Assembly (NCBI RefSeq): GCF_009914755.1
Contig: NC_060934.1
Strand: one strand, 5' to 3'
From: the human T2T-CHM13v2.0 reference genome, Homo sapiens
Length of the DNA: 64,000 nt
A model generated the notes under the pieces. The model saw only the letters and a program-made list of their open reading frames with translations. It ran no database searches and was not told the origin of the DNA. A program made the translations under genes and the position numbers. Below, one piece after another: positions 33,043 through 46,848 of this stretch. Each line of letters begins with the position of its first letter. The first letter of the stretch is position 1.

Positions 33043-33158
33043 ACCTTATGAATACAGCTGAGAAGTGAAAGTACTAAATTAGTGTTTGGATTTGGAAGGA
33101 CTGAGGGAATGAACTCATACAAGAGCATCATTTCCTCTTTTAGAAACAGGTAGGGAGG

Positions 33159-33215
33159 GGCCGGGCGCGGTGGCTCACGCCTGTAATCCCAGCACTTCGG
33201 GAGGCCGAGGCGGGT
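33159..33215 (+). mobile_element. Alu 5' fragment only (57 bp, CpG-intact)
   Basis: ggccgggcgcggtggctcacgcctgtaatcccagcacttcgggaggccgaggcgggt, followed by unique sequence. Confidence 0.9.
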
Positions 33216-33494
33216 ATTCATATTTCACATTACAATTGCTTCAGAAGTTATTCATGGCTATTTTCTATTGGGTTGTTCATGTAAATAGACAATTGAAAAA
33301 GCTATTTGAGTTATCATTTTATATTGCCTGCGAAATACCCAAACAAGCATCTGTATTAAAACTAATAGGTCAATTTCCCAGTTATATATAAGGACCTAAA
33401 TTTTTTTGTCACTCATGAGGTGAGAACAAGGAAAGTGGTAGTCATCCTTGGACCCTACATTGGGCAGTTTCTCACATCTTCTCTCTCTGCCTGG

Positions 33495-33670
33495 TATAAT
33501 GGGTTAAGCAATTCCAGAGTCAGGCAACCTGGACCGAAATCCTAGCCAAATGACTTCTCTTTTACCTCTCTGTGCCACTGTTTTCTTATCGATGATGGAA
33601 TTAATTATATTTCCTACTTTGTAAAGGTTGTTACAGGGATTAAATGAATTAATTTATGTTATATGTTTAT
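33495..33670 (+). mobile_element. MIR
   Basis: ctctctgtgcc...ggttgttacagggattaaatga. Confidence 0.6.
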
Positions 33671-33680
33671 CAACGTAATT

Positions 33681-33699
33681 CGTCGCCCCCTGGTTGGCA
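33681..33699 (-). promoter_or_regulatory. Candidate CTCF motif
   Basis: Minus strand tgccaACCAGGGGGCGacg resembles CCACCAGGGGGCG with one core mismatch, and lies in a local CpG cluster. Confidence 0.45.
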
Positions 33700-34222
33700 T
33701 GGCATTGTGTATTTGCTGTTATTACTACACAGAAAAGCAGAGATTTTAATCGTACGTGAAACTCCAGTGCACTTGAGAGACAAGAAACTCTGTGTACTGA
33801 GGTCGATGAAAAAATATAAATTTGGGAGAATTAACTCAGAAAACATTAATCTGGCATGCTTCTATGAGAAGGATAGGTCCCAAGAGAAGGCAGAGTGCCA
33901 GGGACCATTCAGCATGCCCTGACTCAGAAGAGATTAAAACGTCCTGAACTACCATTGTGGAATTAGAGTGGAAGAAGGAGAAAGATGTGTGAGAGATTAC
34001 AGGCTTACATCAGGGGAAGAGGAAGAAGATTAACCTTATGCTGTCCACCTGGGTAACTAGCATTATGGCTGCATCATTAATAGAAGTAAGAAGCCCAGGA
34101 TTGTTGTTTGCTTTCTGAACAATTTATATATATTGGGAAATAAGGAATATAAAATTTTAAAGACTAATAAAGATTAAATATAGTCTTATACTATATTATT
34201 TATGTAACAATTAAATAGCTAA

Positions 34223-34530
34223 GGCCAGGCATGGTGGCTCATGCCTGCAATCCCAGCATGTTGGGAGGCCGAGACGGACAGATAGCTTGAGCCCAAGGAG
34301 TCCGATACCAGCAGGGCAACATGGCAAAACCTCATCTCTACAAAAAAAAAAAAACCAAAAAAAAATTTAGCCAAGTGTGGTGGTGCACACCTGTAGTCCC
34401 AGCTACTCGGGCAGCTGAGGCAAGAGGATCACTTGCACTGGAAGGTCGAGGCTGCAGTGAGTCATGATCGTAATTGTACCACTGCACTTCAGCGTACCCT
34501 GTCTCTACAAAAAATAAAAATAAATAAATA
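34223..34530 (+). mobile_element. AluJ
   Basis: Diverged dimer with A-rich tail. Confidence 0.82.
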
Positions 34531-34905
34531 ACTTATAGTCTTCATAAAGAAGCAAGTAGATAACGTCTTTTAAAGAACTTTCTTCCAATTAAGAAAAATA
34601 TTTCCTGTTTTCCCAATTCCTTGATTTAGATTCCTAGATTATATTGTATCAAGTCCCAGAGATTTGTTAATCTTTGCTCCTGCTATCCCAAGACTGTTGA
34701 TGTAGTAATGTAAAGAACTCAAACATAAAACCTGTTGAAAATTAAACCATCACTTTCTGCGTTTGACCCAACATACTATGTATCCAGAAATACATACATA
34801 ATATGAAATTATTATGAAATCCAGAAATACATACATACATACATATTATTCAGAGTTGCAAATAATTTTCATCTGTTGTTTCATGAGTATTTTTATTATT
34901 TCCAG

Positions 34906-34982
34906 GTTCGATGGATGATGTACTGGATTGTTTTTGCTCTCTATACTGTGATTGAAACAGTAGCCGATCAAACAGTTGCTTG
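34906..34982 (+). CDS. REEP3: REEP3 coding exon 3 (77 nt): VRWMMYWIVFALYTVIETVADQTVA(W)
   Basis: ttccag|GTT CGA TGG ATG ATG TAC TGG ... GCT TG|gtaagt. WMMYW is the TB2/DP1/HVA22 family signature, and the phase continues from exon 2. Confidence 0.97.
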
Positions 34983-35690
34983 GTAAGTTTTACTATTGAG
35001 AAGGGGCCAGACTACAGACTCATAATCAGGTGTCCTAAGTTCTTATCCTGCTCTTGCTATTAACTGAGTGATTTTCATCAGGTTACCTAATTATCCACCC
35101 ATTTGTTTTTGTCATCTGCTTTCCCATAGAACACTACTTTCCTTTTAGTCCCCATCAAATAAAGGCAGCTCATTTTCCTCCCCATACGCCGCTCCCTGCT
35201 CACCTCCCACACACCTTCCCCCAGTATCTTGGAATAGGGAAAGTTGATTGTCATCATCCTTTTCTGCACTGATGACTTCAGAACATTTTCCTGTATCACT
35301 TCCTAAATGACTCCACTTTTGAAGCCCACAGCATCTGGTTTTAGCACCCCTCCCTATCCTATCCTTAAAACTCTCATCTACAAACATTTGAACTGGAAAA
35401 CGTCAGCACCCACGTGGACACCCACTCAGCACTAGCTTCCTGGCTGCTCTGTTCCAAATAGACGAGGCAAAATTAAAGTGTGTTTATATCCTCAGGGATT
35501 TGACATTTTACCAAGGAGCAGTACTTAACTGGACAACTCAAATCTCCCTGTGGTGTATTTCAGTAGTGCATTTCCATCTAAACCCTGCAATCACTTTGAG
35601 AACTTCTCCTTTCAAAATATTTTGGTTTACTACCTTGCTGATATCTTCATCTGCCCTTGACGCACAAACCTTCTGTCTAAATTAGCCTAA

Positions 35691-36005
<315 letters not shown>

Positions 36006-36477
36006 AAAATGACTCTTTTTTACTTCTTTAACTGGGCTGCTAAATTCAGCTGAAAAAATTAATCAGCTGCTCACATAGGTATCAGCTTGAACCTCATTCT
36101 TTTTACTTGCTCCTGGTCAGTGTCTACTTACATTTTGTCTGGGTCTGTTTCAAACCTTTACTATTCTCTCCTTAAGCTGTCTTTCCCATTTTGCTCTTCT
36201 CCTGTTCATGTGGCACATTAGGTCCTATTGGATTTGCAAGAAAAAAAATAGAAGTCTTCATACTAAAATATTTTTAACAACCTTCCCTTATTTGCAAACG
36301 TCACTGTATCTGTCTTCTGATTTGAAATACTGTAAAAATTTCCCTTCCTGTGCCCCAAAGCTCATTCATTTATCTGTTATATTTTTGGTATAGGGGTTTG
36401 GTTGTGGGGGGTCTCTTTGTTTTTAAGTGACAGAGCACAGATCCCCAACCGTGCTACATCGAAGTTTCCAAGTTCTC

Positions 36478-36791
<314 letters not shown>

Positions 36792-37089
36792 CCAAGTTCT
36801 CTTTTTAAGACTTCATTTTTTTCTGATTGCAAATGTAGCCTATATATGTTATTTAAAAATGAACGATGTAGAAAATGTTTAACATGAACAACTGAATCCA
36901 GAAACTCCTGTAATTGCAGTGTGGCAGAGACCTCTTTGTTGACTACATAGTAAGTCATCCTCACTGCTCTCTACCTGCCCACCTTGACAGAAGAACTCAA
37001 ATTTGCTCAGCTATCATTTATCCTAGTGATAAATGGACTACATTTATGTGGTTCTCACAGACAACAAGATACTGAGCCTCTCATTATAT

Positions 37090-37630
37090 ATTAGTGAACT
37101 TTTGCTGTGGCAAAAAAACAACCATAAAAGTACAGTGGCTTAGAAAAGCAAACTTTTATTTCTTGCTCAAGCTACATGAGGGCAAATGGTTGACTGCATC
37201 TTTGCTGGGGTCAGGTCACTTTTGCTGTTGTTTCTGTTGTTGTTTTAGAGACAGGGTCTTGCTCCATTGCCCAAGCTGGAGTGCAATGGCATGATGATAG
37301 CTCACCGCACCCTTGAACTCCTGGGCTGAAGCAATCCTCCCAGTTTGGCCTCCCAAAGTGCTGGGATTACAGGCGTGAGCACCTCACCTGGCACCTTAAA
37401 CCAAGGCTGAAGAAGCAGCTGTTCTCATGCCAGAAGGCAAAAGCTTAAAGCAAGAGTTTGAGGGTAATGGGTAATGGAGTGAGGGAGTCAAAGGGTGTTC
37501 TAAAGCTTCTGCTTGCATGTGACATGTATCATGTTCTTTTCTGCTGGCCAAAGCAAGCAAGTCACATGGTTAAAGCCACAGTCATTGGTTGAGGAAGTAT
37601 ACTGGGCCAACGGGGGAGGCCCACTGTAAC
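37090..37630. mobile_element. Old MaLR LTR interrupted by an antisense Alu monomer (about 37225-37393)
   Basis: cagtggcttagaaaagcaaacttttatttcttgctca ... ggccaaagcaag...gtcacatgg. Confidence 0.55.
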
Positions 37631-38081
37631 ACTTTGTATTTTCCTTGGAAGTGAACAGTTTAGGTCTGCAGAGTGCTGCAATTCTGGCCAAATGAAATTG
37701 GAAGGGATATTTTTTCGGAGTTCTGAAAAAGATGAAGACGTGTGTGTATGGGGTAGACATTGTGCACTTGGAGCATATGAAGTCATTCTCTGATAGGCAC
37801 AACTATCATATGAGATAGGTCATGTACTTCCATGCCAGTTTGGCTCTGCAGATAGGGTGGCCATACCTTGTGCACTGGATAAATGGTATTAGTGCCTTCT
37901 CTTAACTGCTGCATTCAGTTTGGCAGCTTTCCTATGCTTACTACAAAGGAAGATTCTTGTATTAGAATGAGGGGGGAATCTCTCAGGTCACACATTCATG
38001 AACTGATCTATAGTTGAAACAAGATTATTCAAACACAGTTGTCTCCTGATCACTGACTTTTACATTCAAAAACTTAGCATA

Positions 38082-38380
<299 letters not shown>

Positions 38381-38475
38381 AGCATAGTGACTGAACTTTT
38401 TAAAAGGTGTTTTTGTGATTTCTACAGTGGTTTGTTTTTCACTGGCAGTTTATTTCCAAATGTTTTTCTTATTAG

Positions 38476-38596
38476 GTTTCCCCTGTACTATGAGCTGAAG
38501 ATTGCTTTTGTCATATGGCTGCTTTCTCCCTATACCAAAGGAGCAAGTTTAATATATAGAAAATTCCTTCATCCACTTCTTTCTTCAAAGGAAAGG
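38476..38596 (+). CDS. REEP3: REEP3 coding exon 4 (121 nt): (W)FPLYYELKIAFVIWLLSPYTKGASLIYRKFLHPLLSSKER
   Basis: attag|G TTT CCC ... GAA AGG|gtaaga. Lies within ORF-track entry 38282..38626 and carries the DP1-family FPxYYELK and WLLSPYTKG motifs. Confidence 0.97.
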
Positions 38597-38648
38597 GTAA
38601 GATATATAAATTACTTCCGTAAATAATTTTTTAGAAATGCCTAAGCGG

Positions 38649-39500
<852 letters not shown>

Positions 39501-39622
39501 TGCCTATCAACACATGCTTAATGCTATAAAATTAATGAAACTATTATAGGGAGAATGTTCTAGTTTGGGGCTTATTAACACTATTTTTAAGTAAAACTAA
39601 CATCTGTGGCTTTTTCCCCCAG

Positions 39623-39736
39623 GAGATTGATGATTATATTGTACAAGCAAAGGAACGAGGCTATGAAACCATGGTAAACTTTGGACGGCAAGGTTTAAAC
39701 CTTGCAGCTACTGCTGCTGTTACTGCAGCAGTAAAG
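39623..39736 (+). CDS. REEP3: REEP3 coding exon 5 (114 nt): [38 protein letters not shown]
   Basis: tttttcccccag|GAG ATT GAT ... GTA AAG|gtaatt. Phase 0-0 exon covering the helical region after the reticulon-homology domain. Confidence 0.96.
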
Positions 39737-39783
39737 GTAATTGTTCATTTACCTTTTTAATCCAATGTCATATTAAGTCAACA

Positions 39784-39789
39784 AATAAA
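39784..39789 (+). terminator. Candidate intronic polyadenylation signal in intron 5
   Basis: AATAAA 47 nt after the exon 5 donor and 23 nt after an in-frame TAA ending at 39760. Confidence 0.45.
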
Positions 39790-41084
39790 GGTGGCTTCTT
39801 ATTTCAAACCATTATAAAATTGTGGCATTTTGCTATATTTATTTTTCTAATACTGGAAAACAAGTAAATAATTTTAAAGATATTTTAATTTTGTGTTTTC
39901 CATACTTGATATTTTGAATCTCTTAATTCATCACAAAATGAGGTCGTTAATAAATAATACATACCTGAAAATGTCATTTAGTCATAATTTTCCCACTTAA
40001 TCACCTTAAAGTAGTTTGAGTAAATCACCTGATGTAAAGATGACCATTGTTTATTTCTCTGTCTTTGGTGTTCTTTCTCTCTCTTTTTTTCTGTCTCTTT
40101 GTCAATGGCAATATCTTGGTAGGATTTCTGGCTTACTTCTGCACCTCTACTTCAATCAATTTGAGGTAACCGATTATTCAAAATAAGGCATGAAAAAGTC
40201 TGTTCTTAAAACTTGGTACTTAGCCAGTTACTAATGTCATTTGTTGTGTTTGCAAGCCAAGTTATCAAATGAATGTGTTCTGTAAAAATTTGCATTATGG
40301 TTTTGGATTTCTTTGCATGTTGTAATTTGTGTGATTTATTTTAAATACTTTAGCATAATTGATTTTGGTGTGTTTGGTATGGAAAGAAAATAGCCTTCTG
40401 TGTTCCTTAGTTGCTTCATGTATAAAATGGGGGTAATATACCTGTGAGAATATTTAAAAGCACAGTGCTTGCTTGCATATAGTAGGAGCCCAATAAACAT
40501 AAATATCATGTGTCTATCTCCATTCAAAATTCAAGTGAAAATTTAAGTTTTTTGCTATTAAATTAAATTGAGATTGAATAGTATTCTGCTTTCAAGTTAG
40601 TCTGTTTTAGTTATCTTGAACTAAAACAACTCTATGGAAATAAATATTCCAGTTGAGTGGTGATTTTATATAACTAGTAGTGAAGGGATATGAAATGAGG
40701 GCACTTTCACTTTTCAGAGAGGTCTTTGACTCAAGTATCAAAATGAATGTAATGAACAAGAAGGAAAATTCAAATTATATACCTAATAGCATTACATTGA
40801 GGGTTAAATGGAAGTTTATTAACTATGCAGCACTATACATGTAAGATAACTATATTATTAATGATTATTAATGGTCAGCACTTTAATATAGCATAGTTTT
40901 CTTGTTATTTGGCTTTTAAAGGCTTTTTCTTTTATTAGGATAGGTTTATAAATGAATACAGAAATAGCAAAGTTTTCAGCTTAAAGGACTATGTTTTATT
41001 TTAGAAGTTCATTTTGTTTTTTATTTCTTGCTTAGTGAAAATGCATTCCTGATTTCCATATCTGCTAAAAAAGATTATCCAGGA

Positions 41085-42085
<1,001 letters not shown>

Positions 42086-42089
42086 GAGA

Positions 42090-42420
<331 letters not shown>

Positions 42421-43485
42421 AGCAGGGACTCTGAGGGCATGCTTCAACCAGATGACACATTGGCTGTAGGCCACTGGTGCCCATGTAGCTGCACATGATC
42501 CCTGAGCACCATGAAAAAATACATTGGCGGCAATGTAAAGAGGAAGAGGGTAAGACAATGAAAAAGGAAAAAAAAAGGCATAATCATTAACTCTGGGGAA
42601 AAAAGTTACATAAGAAATGAAATAATGGAGTATGACTGCATTTACATTATAATAATGAACACAGACTAAGGATTTAACAACTGTGGTTTTGCCATATTGA
42701 GAGTATGGGGGAAAGAGAAGGAAAGTGGAAGAGAACTAAAATCCTCATTTGTTACAGTAGGAAAGTAGAGGGTTTAAAGGAGTTGCATCGGCAGCGGATG
42801 AAGAGGAGAAGGAGACTAAGAGCTTGTTGCTTTTTGCTATAAAATTTAGCATTTTTGATTTTGCAAATCAAGTGCATGTATTTATTTACACCCAATGAAG
42901 ATGCTATCTGAATTTTTCATATTTAAAAGCATCCTTCAACATGGTTCTATGGAGAAAAACTGAAAATTAAATTTCAAGTTGAAAAATTATTTAGAGAACA
43001 CATTTTAGAATATTGTCTCAAAAAACAAAGAAGCATACAAATCCCATTTTTCCTCCTCACTTTTAACATTTGTGTATAATAATCTATTATTCTCCTATTT
43101 TGTGAGACACCATTGTACATATTGTGACTATTTTGTGCAGTACTTGTTTTATTTTGACTTGTGTTTACTACTCCCACGTAGGGCATCAGCAGTCCCCACT
43201 CTATTATCTTATCCTCATTCCCTTCCTCATTTATTTTTATCTTACACTTCGCCTCCATTGGTATTTAGCATTCTACATATTATTTATTCAGCATCTGTTT
43301 ATTTAATGCCTACTGCATAGTAGGTACTGGGAATGTAGCAATGAACAAGATAGATATAGCCCTCACCTGCACAATCTACTGTCTGTCTGGAGCTAATGTC
43401 TGTATTAGCTAGGGAATAGCCCACAAAAATTTTATTTCTAACTGAAAATTTTATTTCACCTCTGGTTGATAAGACCCCACCCATG

Positions 43486-43806
<321 letters not shown>

Positions 43807-43920
43807 TCATTATTAAAATAAGCATTATCTCACAGGAATACTTTTCTGTAAAAATGCCATGAAAACAAAAATGTGTCTATTTCATATATCTATTTTTCTG
43901 GCTCTCTTGTGATTTATTCT

Positions 43921-43991
43921 TTTAATTTATACGTTTAACACCTTAAAATCACGTGTTTTAATTTATATGTTAACACCTTAAAATCACGTGT
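43921..43991 (+). repeat. Tandem duplication of a 35-36 bp unit
   Basis: tttaatttatacgtttaacaccttaaaatcacgtgt followed by tttaatttatatgttaacaccttaaaatcacgtgt. Confidence 0.9.
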
Positions 43992-45368
43992 CCACCCCAA
44001 AGGCAGTAATATTGATAAAAATCATCTAAGTCACTCCTGCAAAACAAGTAGAAGCCCATATCCCCTAAATGAAATCAGATACTGGATTTGGAACTGTTCC
44101 CATTTGTTTGCAATGTTGTGATTCTTTTATCCATAACATCCCTGTATGTAAGGTAACCTTCATTATTCTCATGAGTACCGGAATGTTGGAGACCCCATCC
44201 TGGAGTCTATATTATTCACTAGCATATTCATTAAATATGCTGAACATAGCGTAATGTTAACCCTATTTGCCTCAAGTTATACTGTGCTTATTTTAAAGTA
44301 CATGAAATTAGTTTCATCTCTGCAGATGTCAAACAAGGGCATTGTCATAGAAGAATCACTGAACCAGACACTTCATACTGAAGAGTAAATTGAAACTGAA
44401 ATAGGAAATAGGTCAGGTTTAAGGAGAAGCTGCAAGAAAGCCAACAGTAAGATCTGAAAATTATTTAACATTTTTACAATATATAGTTTGTTTAAAGTAT
44501 CTTTCAGGCTTAAAATTCTTGGACTCTTGGTGTGACCTTTGAAGAACGGGTAATAACGCTGACTAGGTTTCCCAGGTTGAACCACCTGAGCATGTTAAAG
44601 GTGAAAATAGGAATCTAATCAGAACATTTATTACACCGTAAAGCAATTTTCTGAAAATGTTACTCAGTTCTATGACCTCATTACCAGGCATCTGTTCGCA
44701 AGGTCACTGTACAAGTTTATTTTGGCTGAGCAAAGCATAAACATTTGAAGGACCTTCAAGGATTTTGCTGAGGATGTACAGCATTCCATAGCTTTTCACA
44801 TGAGAAACATAGGTGGTTTCGTGCAGATGAGCAACACTACTGCCAGATGAAGGACAGATGAAGAAAAGTACTGTTAGTTGTATTAACCATGTCTTTGAAT
44901 TTCTCTGGCAGCCTTTTTTTGGTGAATTTCTTTAGCAGATATAAGAAATCAGTTACCACAGACTTTTGAGCTTTACAGGTAAAATTGTTGAAATCTAATT
45001 AACTTTAAATGATCCCGATTAGGTCAAAAATCCGAACATCTTACTGTCTATGACTTTCTGTTTGTGAATGGCTTTGAGGATATACAGCTTAGTATTATAC
45101 ACTTAAAAAAAAAGGGAAGAATGTTTGTCCAGACAATGGAAAAAGAAGGTTGTACTATTTTTCCTAAAATCTAGGGAAGCAGAATGGTATAACAAACATT
45201 GAATGCTACAGCAATTGAGTTAATCTGGATTTTTTTTAGTGCTGATTCCACCACAAATTAGCCACGAGATTTTGGGCAAATCATCTGCATTGATCTAAGC
45301 ATTAATTTTTCTCACTTGTAAAACAAAGAGGTGAAACATGATTTCTAAAACCCCTTATATCTCTAAAA

Positions 45369-45576
45369 CAGTGGTTCTCAACTAGAGGCAATTTTGTGCC
45401 CCTACCCTTACCACGGGACATTTTAGGTTGTCACCACTGAGAGGGGGCTGCTACTGGTATCTAGTCGGTAAAGAATGGTCAGGGATGCTGCTTAATATTC
45501 TACAAAGCACAGGACGTTCCCCACAACAAAAAATTATCTAACAAAAAATAGCAAGAGTGTTAAGGTTGAGAAACTG
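45369..45576. mobile_element. MER20 (hAT-Charlie) with perfect 8-bp TSD
   Basis: Ends cagtggttctcaac ... gttgagaaactg; ctctaaaa on both sides. Confidence 0.85.
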
Positions 45577-46710
45577 CTCTAAAAGTATGATGAGTCAGAA
45601 AAAACTAAAAGAATATATAAATATGTATAAGTAGTTTTGGTGGTAGGTTACAAATAATTTTTACTTCCTTTTTAAAATTTTTCTCCATGTTATCAATGTT
45701 CTTCAGTAAATACGTATTGCTTTAAACTCACTAAAATATTTTATTCACCTAATGCAAATGCAGTCAATTCCATTCTGGGCTTGATCAGATTAATTGTTAA
45801 ATGTGCATGGGGAAATGAGATTTCCCTAAAAACTGGGAACTAACCTTATCTGCAATTATAATGTAACATCAGGGATCAACAAGAAATAGAGCTTAGTGGC
45901 TATTCTTTACTGAATAGTATAATAAGAATTATTCTGTAAAAGAATGTTTTGTGCTTGTACGATTATAAAGCATTGCTGGTTATATGTTTTTAAATCTGTG
46001 ATTTAAAATGTGAAGAAAATAAAGGTTTTATACAAAGGTGCTGATAAACAAAATAAGTTCTTATTTAAAACAAAATAACTAATGTTAATGTAGTGTTTAA
46101 CCAGGAAATGAAGTATTTAAACAAAGACAGCATTATTTGAGTGTAAAGAAATTGGAATTACTCATACATGCAGGGCCCCTTTTTATGGATGCCAACCACG
46201 TGCTTGGATACTTGAGTAGACATTCAGATGTCCTAGTGCCCTTGGATGTAAATGAGCTCTGTGTGGAGCCAGTGTGGGGAGCTGCTTCTCAGCTGAAGAA
46301 TCCCTTCCAGAGCCTGAGTGTGCTAGCTCTGGACCCAGCCCTCCTGCCCAGTCAGCCCCTGCAGTATTCTCAGTTTCTTACAGAGGCATTTGGGCCCACC
46401 TAAATCCAAAACCTGAGAATTTAGTGCCAGCTGAAGTTCAGATGGTTCAGAAACAGTTCTGCTCACGATGATCAGTTTCAATGTGTAAAATATTCTACAG
46501 AATACTTAATTACCTGGACTTTTACATTCTCATCATAATCTCTGTTACTTTGATTGTTAGGATCAATTTTAACATACACAGAGTACAGACAATTCTGCAG
46601 AGAATAGGATCTAAAGTGCTGAAATATGGAATTATCTTGTGAATGGTAATCCCGCCTTTCCTCTTTATTGACTAAGACCGCTGTTTCCATACAGCAGACT
46701 AGACTAGAAC

Positions 46711-46848
46711 TTTTCTTTTTCTTTCTTTCTTTCTTTTTCTTTCTTTCTCTCTCTCTGTCTCTCTCTTTCTCCCTCTCTTTGTTTCTTTCTCTCTCTCTCT
46801 TTCTTTCTTTGTCTTTCTTTCTTTCTGTCTTTCTTCTTTCCTTTTTTA
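46711..46848 (+). repeat. (CTTT)n/(CT)n polypyrimidine microsatellite, the tail of an antisense Alu monomer at 46849-46995
   Basis: About 135 nt of almost pure C/T directly before agagacagggtctcgc. Confidence 0.9.

Noticed and set aside
46137-46471. 88-aa and 65-aa ORFs in unique intron 5 sequence
   Set aside because: No recognisable homology or convincing exon boundaries, and the lengths are within chance expectation.
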